A stretch of DNA of 64,000 nt from the NCBI GenBank assembly GCA_044224495.1, contig JBGAKG010000005.1, forward strand, positions 236,711 through 300,710, written 5' to 3'. This document shows positions 1 through 8,447 of this stretch, piece after piece; the stretch's first letter is position 1, and each line of letters starts with the position of its first letter. Made by a program: the position numbers and the translations under genes. The notes beneath the pieces are model-generated. The model worked only from the letters and a program-made list of their open reading frames with translations. It was not told where the DNA came from and ran no database searches. Source of the DNA: Polyangiaceae bacterium. GTDB lineage: Bacteria > Myxococcota_A > Polyangia > Polyangiales > Polyangiaceae.

Positions 1-570
1 ATCACCGTTCGACGCCGTCCCTGGATCGACCGCGCCGCCATCGGAGCGACGCTCGCCCTCGCCGTCGCGACGCTCGCGTTCGACCGTGCCCCGATCGTGG
101 GCGCCACCGCCATCGCCGCAGGCGCCCTCCACGCCGCGCGCCTGGTCGGGTGGCGCGGCTGGGTCGCTCGCCAGCGCCCGATCCTCTGGATCCTGCACGT
201 CGGGTACGCCTGGCTCGCGCTCGGGCTCCTGCTCCGCGGGGCGGCGACGTTCCTCCCCTCGTGGATGCCGTCCGCGGCGACGCACGCGCTCTCCGTCGGC
301 GCAGTCGCGGTTCTCGTCCTCGGGATGATGTCGCGCGTGAGCCTCGGCCACACCGGGCGCATGATCGTGGTGTCCCCGCCCACCGTCGCCGCCTACGCGC
401 TCCTGGGCGCCGCCGCGCTCGTTCGAGCGCTCGGTCCCATCGCCATCCCAAGTTGGTACGCGCGCGAGCTTTGGGCGGCGGCCACGCTCTGGTCGCTCGC
501 CTTCGTCGTCTTCACGTTCGTCTACGCGCCGATCCTCTGGTCGCCCCGCGTCGACGGAAAGCCCGGGTGA
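1..570 (+). CDS. nnrS: NnrS family heme-copper membrane protein, C-terminal part (5' end upstream of window)
   Basis: Frame-1 ORF open from base 1 (no stop before 570); polytopic hydrophobic product with 'RVSLGHTGR' segment typical of NnrS; GC3-rich codons; sits in a denitrification context. Confidence 0.55.
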   Translation: MTVRRRPWIDRAAIGATLALAVATLAFDRAPIVGATAIAAGALHAARLVGWRGWVARQRPILWILHVGYAWLALGLLLRGAATFLPSWMPSAATHALSVGAVAVLVLGMMSRVSLGHTGRMIVVSPPTVAAYALLGAAALVRALGPIAIPSWYARELWAAATLWSLAFVVFTFVYAPILWSPRVDGKPG

Positions 571-573
571 CCC

Positions 574-1668
574 ATGCTCCGCGCCGATCGCCACGCGACC
601 CCCATCGACCATCACCCGCTACTCGCGATCTGGGAGCTCACCCAGGCCTGCGACCTCGCCTGCGTCCACTGCCGCGCGTGTGCGGTCCCGGGGCGCGATC
701 CCCTCGAGCTCACCACCGCCGAAGGCAAGCGCCTCCTCGACTCGGTCCGCGCGATGGGGACGCCGTTGATGATCCTGACCGGCGGCGATCCGGCGAAACG
801 CCCGGATCTCGTCGAGCTCGTGCGCTACGGCGCCTCGATCGGGCTCATCATGGCCGTCACGCCGTCGGGGACCGGGCTCATGACGCGCGAGCTGCTCGTC
901 GAGCTCCGCGACGCCGGGATGGCCCGGCTCGCCGTCTCGATCGACGGCCCCGACCCTGCCATCCACGATGCGTTCCGCGGCGTCGCCGGCAGCTTCGAGC
1001 ACTGCCAGCGCATCCTGAACGACGCGCGCGAGCTCGGGATCGAGCGCCAGGTCAACACGACGATCGGGCCGCACAACCTCCACGCGCTCCGCGCGATGGC
1101 GGACGTCGTCGCGGCGAGCGGCGCCGTCCTCTGGAGTGTCTTCGTCGTCGTCCCGACGGGGCGCGCCGACACCGCGCTCCTGCCCTCCGCCACCGAGCTC
1201 GAGCGCGCGCTCGAGGAGCTCGTCGGGATCAGCGAGAGCGCCCCCTTCGACGTCAAGACCACCGCCGCCCCGCACTTCCGGCGCCTGCTCCTCGAGCACA
1301 AGGCGAAGGGCCATCCGCTCGGCGTCCTGCGCGACCTCGACGAAGACGGTTCGGTCAAGGGAACGCGCGGCGTGAACGACGGCGTCGGCATGCTCTTCGT
1401 CTCCCACCGCGGCGAGGTGTACCCGAGTGGGTTCCTGCCCCTCTCGGTCGGCAACATTCGCCGCGGAAGCCTCTCGCTGATGTATCGCGAGAGCGATCTC
1501 TTCCGTACCTTGCGCGAAGTGGGAGCTGCGAGCGGCAAGTGTTCCGTCTGCCCCTTCGTCCGCGTGTGCGGCGGCTCGCGCGCGCGCGCCTGGGCGATGG
1601 ACGGACGCGTGGACGGCTCGGACCCGGCCTGCTCGTACGTGCCGAAGGCGTGGACGGGACCGACGTGA
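574..1668 (+). CDS. radical SAM protein with C-terminal SPASM-like Cys cluster
   Basis: 364 aa ORF; CX3CX2C motif (CDLACVHC) near N-terminus, TIM-barrel-like radical SAM core, C-terminal CSVCPF...VCGGSRA...CSY auxiliary cluster motif. Confidence 0.75.
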   Translation: MLRADRHATPIDHHPLLAIWELTQACDLACVHCRACAVPGRDPLELTTAEGKRLLDSVRAMGTPLMILTGGDPAKRPDLVELVRYGASIGLIMAVTPSGTGLMTRELLVELRDAGMARLAVSIDGPDPAIHDAFRGVAGSFEHCQRILNDARELGIERQVNTTIGPHNLHALRAMADVVAASGAVLWSVFVVVPTGRADTALLPSATELERALEELVGISESAPFDVKTTAAPHFRRLLLEHKAKGHPLGVLRDLDEDGSVKGTRGVNDGVGMLFVSHRGEVYPSGFLPLSVGNIRRGSLSLMYRESDLFRTLREVGAASGKCSVCPFVRVCGGSRARAWAMDGRVDGSDPACSYVPKAWTGPT

Positions 1669-2753
1669 GCGGGCGCGGCGCACGAGCGCTTCCGTTCGTC
1701 GCCGCCTCGATCGGGGCCAACCTCGTGCTCGGCATCGTCGGGGGCCTCGGCCGGCTCGGTCTCCTCGATGGCGCGTTCGTGGCACGCGTCGCGTCCACCC
1801 ACGGCCAGCTCATGACGCTCGGGTTCTTCGGCGGTCTCGTCGGGCTCGAGGCCGCGCTCGGCCAGCGCGAGCGCGGCGCGTGGGTGCTCGTGGTCCCCGG
1901 CGCCGCCGTCCTCTCCGGGCTCGGCGCGACCTTCACGCTCGAAGGGTCCGCGATCCTGGCGACGCTCGCCGCCGTCGGCTGGGGTGCGCTCCGCGTGCTC
2001 GCCACGAATCGCCGCTCGGCGCTCGGCGTGGCCTCCGCGGTCGCGCCGGCGCTCCTCTGGGCGACCGGAGCAATCGAGCTCGCGCGGGGCGGGCGGATGA
2101 GCACCACCGTCCCCGCGCTCGCCACCTTTCTCGTCGTCACCATCTTCGGATCGCGCCTCGACACGCGCGAAGCCGAAGAGGCACCCGCAGCGCGCTCCCC
2201 GATCCCGCGCCTCGCTCTCGCGGCGCTCGTCAGCGCCGCGCTCGCGAGGTTCGTCCGGAGCGACGTCGCCGAGCGCGTGCGCGGCGCTTCGCTGCTCCTG
2301 ATCGGCGCGTGGTTCCTCGCTCGCGACGTCGACCCCGCGGCCCTGCGCGCAGGAGGGATCGCGCGCTTCCGCGCTGCGGCTCGGGGAGCGGCGTACCTCT
2401 GGGTGCTCGTCGGCGGTGCGCTCCTCGTGGCAGAAGGTGCGCTCGAAGCCGGCCCCCGCTTCGACGCGGCAGCGCACGCGCTCTTCTTGGGGGTCGCGGT
2501 GGCGATGGTGTTCGCCCAAGCGCCGGTGATGCTGCCGCGGCTCGCGGGGCGCGCGCCCGCGTACGGCCCGGAGCTCGTCGCTCCACTTCTTGCGCTTCAC
2601 GCAGGAATTGCACTCCGCGTTGCGTCCGACTTGGGCTGGCTGCCGACCGCTGGACAGACGCGCAACGTCGGGGCGAGCTTGTCTGCGGCTGCGATCGTGC
2701 TGTTCGGCGCGGCGGTTGCGCGCCGCGCGCGCGCGGTGCACCCGCCGGCATAG
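1665..2753 (+). CDS. polytopic integral membrane protein (hypothetical)
   Basis: GTG at 1665 overlaps radical-SAM stop (GTGA); 362 aa, many predicted TM helices, GC3-rich; the upstream 150-1664 part of the long ORF is an Arg-rich antisense artefact. Confidence 0.5.
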   Translation: MSGRGARALPFVAASIGANLVLGIVGGLGRLGLLDGAFVARVASTHGQLMTLGFFGGLVGLEAALGQRERGAWVLVVPGAAVLSGLGATFTLEGSAILATLAAVGWGALRVLATNRRSALGVASAVAPALLWATGAIELARGGRMSTTVPALATFLVVTIFGSRLDTREAEEAPAARSPIPRLALAALVSAALARFVRSDVAERVRGASLLLIGAWFLARDVDPAALRAGGIARFRAAARGAAYLWVLVGGALLVAEGALEAGPRFDAAAHALFLGVAVAMVFAQAPVMLPRLAGRAPAYGPELVAPLLALHAGIALRVASDLGWLPTAGQTRNVGASLSAAAIVLFGAAVARRARAVHPPA

Positions 2754-2773
2754 TTGCTGCTTAGGGGGGAGGC

Positions 2774-3496
2774 ATGAACGTCCTTCCCGCCCCCGTCCTT
2801 CCCGCGCTTCGTGCATCACGGTTGTTCGGTGGCCTCGACGAGGACTTGCTCGGCGGATTTGCGCGCGCCGCGCACCGCGCGCGCTACAAGCGCGGCGACT
2901 ACCTCTGGCGGGCGGGTGATCCCGCCGTCGGGATCACGCTCATCGTGTCCGGCCTCGTGAAGGTGTGTCAGCCGATCCGGCCCGGCCAGACGACGATCGT
3001 CGGCATCTTCGGTCCGCGCGAGAGCCTCGGCGACATGGCGTTGGTCTCCGGGCGCGGCTACCCCGCCGACGCGGTCGTGGCGACGGAGTCGCTCGACATC
3101 GTGCGCGTGGAGCGGACCGCAGTCCTCGACGCGATGGGACGCCACGCATCGGTCGGCATGGCGATGAGCCGTTCGCTCGTCGAGCACAGCCAGAAGCTCC
3201 GCGGGAAGATCCAGATCCTCGCCGCGGGCGCGGTCGAGCAACGACTCGCCACGCTCCTCGTGCACCTCGCCGATCGCTTCGGCGACGAGCAGGAGGACGG
3301 CACCACCATCATCCCGGTCGTGCTGTCCCGCACCGAGCTCGCGTGCCTCGTCGGCACCACCGTGGAGACGACGATCCGCGTCATGAGCCGCTGGCAGAAG
3401 GCGGGCTGGATCGAGACGACGGAGGATGGCTTCGTCGTCCGCGACCTCGAGGCGCTCGAGGACGTGGAGCCGGCCTCGAAGGATTCCGCGGCCTGA
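2774..3496 (+). CDS. Crp/Fnr family transcriptional regulator (cNMP-binding domain + C-terminal HTH); candidate NnrR/Dnr-type NO-responsive regulator
   Basis: 240 aa; beta-roll effector domain, C-terminal 'LSRTELACLVGTTVETTIRVMSRWQKAGWI' HTH; GGGGGGAGG RBS 6 nt upstream. Confidence 0.8.
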   Translation: MNVLPAPVLPALRASRLFGGLDEDLLGGFARAAHRARYKRGDYLWRAGDPAVGITLIVSGLVKVCQPIRPGQTTIVGIFGPRESLGDMALVSGRGYPADAVVATESLDIVRVERTAVLDAMGRHASVGMAMSRSLVEHSQKLRGKIQILAAGAVEQRLATLLVHLADRFGDEQEDGTTIIPVVLSRTELACLVGTTVETTIRVMSRWQKAGWIETTEDGFVVRDLEALEDVEPASKDSAA

Positions 3497-3505
3497 CCGC
3501 TGGCG

Positions 3506-3958
3506 TCAGCGAAGCGCATCACCGACGCGCGCCTCCCAGCGCAGCACGCGTGGAAAGAGGTGCACGTCCTCGATCTGGACGTGCCGGTAGAGCGACGCGA
3601 CGAACGGGTGGAGGTCGGCGGCCGCCGTCGACAGCGACGCGGCGTCGTGAAGCTCGCGGAGCATGCCGAGCAGCGCCTCGTGTTCCGCTCGCATCCGGGC
3701 GATCGCCCGGACGAGCGAGCCGCTCGGCTCCCATGCCCCGCTCCGCGCGAGCTCGCGCACGCGCGTGAGCACGAGAGCCTCCTCGTTCCGCAGGTGGGCC
3801 GCCGCGTCGTGCGCGACGGCGCGGGCGAGCGGCACGAGGCGGCGGTGACGCGCGCCATCGAGCCACTCGACCGTGGAGGCGAAGGACACGAGGTCCGCGC
3901 GGGCGCTGGCGTGGCGCGCCTCGACCTCGTCGAGGAGGACGGCGAGCCCGCTCTGCAT
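3506..3958 (-). CDS. hemerythrin-like (HHE cation-binding) domain protein, RIC/DnrN-like
   Basis: ATG at 3958 overlaps stop of upstream cytochrome c gene (ATGA); repeated H-x3-E / HxxxE..H spacing (HDAAAHLRNEE, EHEALLGMLRELHD, HVQIEDVH); upstream part of ORF 3506-4198 is Arg-rich artefact. Confidence 0.55.
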   Translation of the reverse strand: MQSGLAVLLDEVEARHASARADLVSFASTVEWLDGARHRRLVPLARAVAHDAAAHLRNEEALVLTRVRELARSGAWEPSGSLVRAIARMRAEHEALLGMLRELHDAASLSTAAADLHPFVASLYRHVQIEDVHLFPRVLRWEARVGDALR

Positions 3959-4386
3959 CACTTCGCCTTGAACGACCGGATGTAGGTGACGAGCGCGTCG
4001 AGCTCGGGCTTCCCGTCGAGATCCTGGTTCGCCGGCATGGCGGGGGACTTCCCGACCGCGGCGCCGCCGTAGAGGATCGTCTTCTTGATGTCCTCGTCCT
4101 TGACGCTGTCCTGCCAAGCGGCGTTCGTGTAGTCGCGCGGCTTCGGGGTGAGCGCCGCGGCGCCGGGGCCGTCGCCCTTCCCGCTCTCGCCGTGGCACGG
4201 CGCGCAGCGGTTCTTGAAGACCTCCTTCACGTCGGCGGCCGCTGCCTGCGTCGCCGTCGGTGTGCTCGTCGTCTTCGCCGTGGTCGTTCCGCCACCGCCG
4301 CCGCCCGAGCCAGAGGTTCCGTTGTTGCAGGCGACGACGGCGAGCGCCGCGCCGAGACCGATACCGAGGAGAGATGCGAGCTTCAT
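3958..4386 (-). CDS. class I c-type cytochrome lipoprotein (single CXXCH)
   Basis: 142 aa; signal peptide with lipobox (LAVVAC), Gly/Thr-rich linker, 'CAPCHGESGKGDG' heme-binding motif; downstream of nos accessory genes. Confidence 0.75.
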   Translation of the reverse strand: MKLASLLGIGLGAALAVVACNNGTSGSGGGGGGTTTAKTTSTPTATQAAAADVKEVFKNRCAPCHGESGKGDGPGAAALTPKPRDYTNAAWQDSVKDEDIKKTILYGGAAVGKSPAMPANQDLDGKPELDALVTYIRSFKAK

Positions 4387-4420
4387 GAGGAGTACTTTGG
4401 GGGCATGCGTCAGGTCGAGC

Positions 4421-4436
4421 GATGACGGATGTCAGG
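4421..4436. promoter_or_regulatory. third TGAC-N4-GTCA box (GATGAC-GGAT-GTCAGG) upstream of cytochrome c/hemerythrin genes
   Basis: Same half-sites as the nosZ boxes; lies 35-50 nt upstream of cytochrome c ATG (4386) in the nosY-cytc spacer. Confidence 0.4.
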
Positions 4437-4447
4437 TCGGCGCAGAA

Positions 4448-5290
4448 TCAGCCGACGAGATCGTCCTTCTCGAGCCGCCGCGTCGCGCCGAGCATCGCGA
4501 GCGCGCCGACGGCGAGCGGCCAGCCCACGCCGATCGCGAGCGTGAGGCGGGCGCCGAGCGAGTTCGCGAGCCAGAAGCCGACCGGACCGAGCACCGAGAG
4601 CTCGGGATCGACGCCGGAGAGGATCGCGAGCCGCGCCGACTCGACCGGGTTCAGCGCCGCGAGAGCGAAGACCACCTGCGGCGTGAGCCGCAGCTTCAGC
4701 AGAACGCCGATGAGCGCGAAGTCGTGGAGCGCGCTCGCGAACAGCCATGCGACGAGCACGTAGACCGTCGCGCGCTCGGGCGTGCGCGCGAGCGACGAGA
4801 GCCAGAAGCCGAGCCCGACGTAGGCGAAGCTCAGCGCGAACGACACGAGCATCGTGCGCCCGACGAGCGGGAGCATGGTCGTCTCCCCCGTCACCGCACC
4901 CGCGATCCAGATCCCGAGGAGCAGGACGAACAGCGGACCGACGATCACGACGAGGCGCGCGACGACGGCCGCCGACATCCAGTCCGCGCGGCGACAAGGC
5001 TGCGAGAGGACGAGCTCGAAGAAGCCCGTCGTGCGCGAACGAACGACGGACTGCCCGGTGGAGACGAGCGCCACGAGCGGGAGCACGAGCACGACCGCGT
5101 TCGCCATGTTGAGGACGACGCGGGACAACCCCGTGAAGCCGAGCACCGAGGACTCGCGCAAGCCGAGCCAGAGGAACGCGCCGAAGACGAGGACGTAGGC
5201 GGTGGCGGTGAAGACCATCCAGCGCGAGCGGAGAGCGTCGGCGAGCTCCAGCCGAAGAAGGACGCGAAACGGTTTGGCCACGGTGCTCAT
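4448..5290 (-). CDS. nosY: ABC-2 type permease NosY
   Basis: 280 aa, six-TM ABC-2 permease; ATG overlaps nosL stop (ATGA); position in nosDF(L)Y block. Confidence 0.75.
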   Translation of the reverse strand: MSTVAKPFRVLLRLELADALRSRWMVFTATAYVLVFGAFLWLGLRESSVLGFTGLSRVVLNMANAVVLVLPLVALVSTGQSVVRSRTTGFFELVLSQPCRRADWMSAAVVARLVVIVGPLFVLLLGIWIAGAVTGETTMLPLVGRTMLVSFALSFAYVGLGFWLSSLARTPERATVYVLVAWLFASALHDFALIGVLLKLRLTPQVVFALAALNPVESARLAILSGVDPELSVLGPVGFWLANSLGARLTLAIGVGWPLAVGALAMLGATRRLEKDDLVG

Positions 5291-5688
5291 CGGGATCCCC
5301 TCGCTTTCGCGGACGACTCCACGTCCGCCCAGCTCGCGCTGCCAGCCGTCGTGGCCGCCCAGCCGAAGTCCATCGGTGTCGTCGCGCCCGGGCTGAAACG
5401 CGCCGAACGCGCGTCGACCCAGTGGCCGACGTCGTCACGCACCCACATCGCACGCACGCTCGGGTGGCGGTCGGCGACGTAGGTCGCCATGCACCCGGGG
5501 TCGTCGAAGTAGGCGCGCGTTCCGTCGGTCGTGGTGAGCTGCGCGGCGTAGCGCGGATCGCTGACCAGCATCGCGCAGCTCCCGCACGCTTGCTTGCCCC
5601 ACACCGGATCCTTGGGCGAAGCGCCGTCCTCGCACGACGTGACCGCGAGCGCGAGGCCGAGCGCGGCCCAGGCCAGGCGCGCGCTCAC
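5287..5688 (-). CDS. nosL: copper-binding lipoprotein NosL
   Basis: GTG at 5688 overlaps nosF stop (GTGA); lipoprotein signal VSARLAWAALGLALAVTSC; 'YFDDPGCM', 'CGSCAM' motifs; GC3-rich; 133 aa. Confidence 0.55.
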   Translation of the reverse strand: MSARLAWAALGLALAVTSCEDGASPKDPVWGKQACGSCAMLVSDPRYAAQLTTTDGTRAYFDDPGCMATYVADRHPSVRAMWVRDDVGHWVDARSARFSPGATTPMDFGWAATTAGSASWADVESSAKARGSR

Positions 5689-6383
5689 GACAACAGCCGG
5701 AGCCGGGGCTCCGCCTCGCGGGGCTTGCGCGCGGGCGCTTTCGAAGCGGTCTGGCGCTCGTCGCGCACGACCTTCCCATCGCGAAACTCGATGACGCGGT
5801 CGACGAGCTCCGCGACGTCCTCGCCGCGGTGCGAGCACAGGATCGTCAGGTGCTCCGACGGGCGCTGCCCGAGCCGCTCGATGAACGCGGCGCGGGCGTC
5901 GGGGTCCAGGTTCGCCGTGGGCTCGTCGCACACGAGGATCTCGGCGGGCGCCGCGAGCGCGAGCGCGGCGAGGAGCTTCTGCTTCATGCCTCCGGACAAA
6001 TCCCGGAAGCGCGTCGACGCGCAGCGCTCGACGTCGAGCCCGAGCGTCTTCGCCATCGCGCGCGCCGGCTCGTCGGCGATCCCACGCAAGGCGCAGACGG
6101 CGCGGATGACCTCCGACACGGGCGCCTCGATCGGCGGCGCGATCTGGGGGACGTACGCGATGCTCCGCAGCGCGACCTCCGGTCGCTGCGCGACGTCGAC
6201 CCCGCGTACCGTCACGACGCCGTCGACCCGGATGAGTCCGAGGATCGCGCGGAGGAGCGTCGTCTTCCCCGAGCCGTTCGCGCCGATGAAGGCGACGCGC
6301 TCGCCGCCGGCGAGCCGGAGCGAGACGTCGGCGAGCGCGACGACGGGTCCGAACTTCTTGCTCACGTGCTGGACCTCGATCAC
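5685..6383 (-). CDS. nosF: ABC transporter ATP-binding protein NosF
   Basis: 232 aa; Walker A GANGSGKT, signature LSGGMKQK, Walker B ILVCDEP; ATG overlaps nosD stop. Confidence 0.85.
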   Translation of the reverse strand: MIEVQHVSKKFGPVVALADVSLRLAGGERVAFIGANGSGKTTLLRAILGLIRVDGVVTVRGVDVAQRPEVALRSIAYVPQIAPPIEAPVSEVIRAVCALRGIADEPARAMAKTLGLDVERCASTRFRDLSGGMKQKLLAALALAAPAEILVCDEPTANLDPDARAAFIERLGQRPSEHLTILCSHRGEDVAELVDRVIEFRDGKVVRDERQTASKAPARKPREAEPRLRLLS

Positions 6384-7714
6384 TTGCTCCTCCTCTCGAA
6401 ACCATCCATCGCCGGGGACTTGTCGACGAGCATCCGATGCGTCGCCAGGACCGGTGCCGCCTGCGCGACCGCGTCCACGAGCGACATCGCCGCCGTCCCC
6501 CGGAAGTACATGAGCGACGGGTGCGCGTCGGTCAGCTCGCCCGAGAGCTGCTTCACCTCGAACGGGACGTCCCCCCGCCCGTCGCCGTCCAGGTCGTACC
6601 CCGCGTAGTCGGACCAGTGGTTCCCCTCGAACTCGACGTTCATGGCGTCGCCCCCGCCCTCGACCTCGGCCACCGTGACGTTCTCGCGGAGGTCGTTCCC
6701 GGTGAAGCGGACGCCGTCCTCGGAGCTGTGGAACCGGAGCCCAACGTCGTTCAGGGCGATCACGTTCGCGTCGAACCGCACCGGCATCGTCGGCGCGCGC
6801 GGGCTGCGATCGAGGTAGACCCCGACCGTGTTTCCCACGAGCCAGTTCCGCGCGAGCGTGACGGAATCACTCTCTTTGAAGCCAATCCCGACACCGGCCG
6901 GTCCCCGCGCACCCGCGAGCACGTTGTCTTCGACCCGGACGTGATCGCTGTACATGACGAAGATGCCGACGACGTTCTCGCGAACGTCCTCGCCGTGGAT
7001 GTAGGCGTCGTGCGCGTACATGAGGTGCGCGCCGTAGCGGCTGTGACGGACGACGTTCGCGTCGAGCTCGACGCGCCGCGAGTACCAGACGACCAAGTCC
7101 CGCGAGTGATCCAGCACGCAGCTCCGCACGACCGAGTCGGAGGACTCCCAGAGCTTGATGCCGTCGCCGCGGAGCTCCTCGTCGTCGCCGGGCCCGATCA
7201 CGCGGACGCGCTCGAGCGTGCAGTGCGGACACGGACCGAGCGAGACCCCGAACAGGGTGTCCTCGACCCGGGCGTCGGCGATCCGGACGCGCGCGCCTTT
7301 GACCTTGATCCCCGCGTCTTCGGCGGTGTGTCGATGCCCCGAGTGCCGGACGACCACGTTCTCGACGGTGACGTCGTCCGCTTCGATCATGAGCACGGTG
7401 CCGCGCCCGGTGCCCTCGAGCTCTGCGCCGAGCTCGCCGCGGAGCGTGAGCGAGCGCTTGATCGTGAAGTCCCCCCGGTACGTGTGGCCGCGGAGCCAGA
7501 TGACGTCGGGCCCGCTGGCGAGCGCCGCGGCCAGGCTCGCCTCGTCCTCCGCCACGAAGACCCCGCCGGGCGCGGTCCGCGCGACGGGGTTCGCGTCGGC
7601 CGGGAGCGGTGCCGGCCCGACGAGCGTCGGGCTCGCGGCGTGGGCTCGGTAGAGCACCATCGTCGCGAGCGCCACGCCACCGAGCATCCAGAGAGCACGC
7701 TTCCGGCCGAGCAC
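6380..7714 (-). CDS. nosD: periplasmic copper-binding protein NosD (right-handed beta-helix)
   Basis: 444 aa; signal peptide; repeated beta-helix segments (NVV..HS, GIKV, NVVR.) typical of NosD/CASH domain. Confidence 0.85.
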   Translation of the reverse strand: MLGRKRALWMLGGVALATMVLYRAHAASPTLVGPAPLPADANPVARTAPGGVFVAEDEASLAAALASGPDVIWLRGHTYRGDFTIKRSLTLRGELGAELEGTGRGTVLMIEADDVTVENVVVRHSGHRHTAEDAGIKVKGARVRIADARVEDTLFGVSLGPCPHCTLERVRVIGPGDDEELRGDGIKLWESSDSVVRSCVLDHSRDLVVWYSRRVELDANVVRHSRYGAHLMYAHDAYIHGEDVRENVVGIFVMYSDHVRVEDNVLAGARGPAGVGIGFKESDSVTLARNWLVGNTVGVYLDRSPRAPTMPVRFDANVIALNDVGLRFHSSEDGVRFTGNDLRENVTVAEVEGGGDAMNVEFEGNHWSDYAGYDLDGDGRGDVPFEVKQLSGELTDAHPSLMYFRGTAAMSLVDAVAQAAPVLATHRMLVDKSPAMDGFERRSK

Positions 7715-7715
7715 G

Positions 7716-8447
7716 TCAGGCCTCCTTCGGGCGGTGCGGACCGACCAGCGAGCGCGGACACACCGTGCCGCAGGCCGCCTTGTCGGCGCAGTCGTTGCAG
7801 ACCTTCCGCCGCACCAACGTCGCTGCCAAGAGGAGCGCGACGCCCCCCATCGCGACCCAGAAGCCTGCCGAGGGGGTCGCGAACGTCATGAACTGCCCGA
7901 TCTGCCCGTTGCCGAACAGCTGGGGCGTGAACGGCGGGATGCGGAGCGGTGCATGCGGATCCAGGGAGTGCCCAAAATGGTACAGCCAGTAGAAGGCATC
8001 ACCCAGGAACCCGAGCGGGAACGCGAGCCCGACCGCCGTCAGGAGCTTTCCCGCGCGACGCCCGGCGAGCAGCGCGACGCCGAGCACCAGCACGCCGACG
8101 AGGCCGATGCCCCACCCGGCGAGCTCGCGCTCGTGCTTCGCTGCGTCGTCGAGGCTCGCCATGCCGATGTAGTGGTTCAGCATGTTGATCTCGTGTACGT
8201 CGCCCCCCATCCCCGTGAGCGAGATCGTCAGATGAAGGCCGTGGGGGTACTGCGGCGCGTAGAGCGTGAAGTCCCACCACGGCAGGAAGAACGAGCCCGC
8301 ATAGAGCGCGATCGCGCTCACCGCGAGCAGCACCACGGCCCAACGCAGGCCGGTGTGCCGCTTGGGCGTCCCAGCCTGCGCCGGCACCACCGCCAGGTGG
8401 CGGTGGCCGTCGCTCTTCTCTTCGACCGCGGTCGTCATGGCGTTCAC
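7716..8447 (-). CDS. nosB: NosB-like integral membrane protein (clade II nos accessory) with C-terminal Cys cluster
   Basis: 243 aa, multiple TM helices, C-terminal CNDCADKAACGTVCP; ATG overlaps nosZ stop (ATGA); immediately downstream of Sec-type nosZ as in clade II clusters. Confidence 0.55.
   Translation of the reverse strand: MNAMTTAVEEKSDGHRHLAVVPAQAGTPKRHTGLRWAVVLLAVSAIALYAGSFFLPWWDFTLYAPQYPHGLHLTISLTGMGGDVHEINMLNHYIGMASLDDAAKHERELAGWGIGLVGVLVLGVALLAGRRAGKLLTAVGLAFPLGFLGDAFYWLYHFGHSLDPHAPLRIPPFTPQLFGNGQIGQFMTFATPSAGFWVAMGGVALLLAATLVRRKVCNDCADKAACGTVCPRSLVGPHRPKEA

Noticed and set aside
150-1664. 5' part of the 867-aa + strand ORF 150..2753 (Arg/Ala/Pro-rich translation)
   Set aside because: Overlaps the well-supported NnrS and radical SAM genes in another frame and has low-complexity Arg-rich composition typical of spurious ORFs in high-GC DNA. 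Only the 1665-2753 tail looks like a real (membrane) protein.
3560-3985. + strand 141-aa ORF overlapping the hemerythrin-like gene
   Set aside because: The minus-strand reading gives recognisable HHE-type motifs and an ATGA junction with the cytochrome c gene, whereas the plus ORF is Arg/Glu low-complexity.
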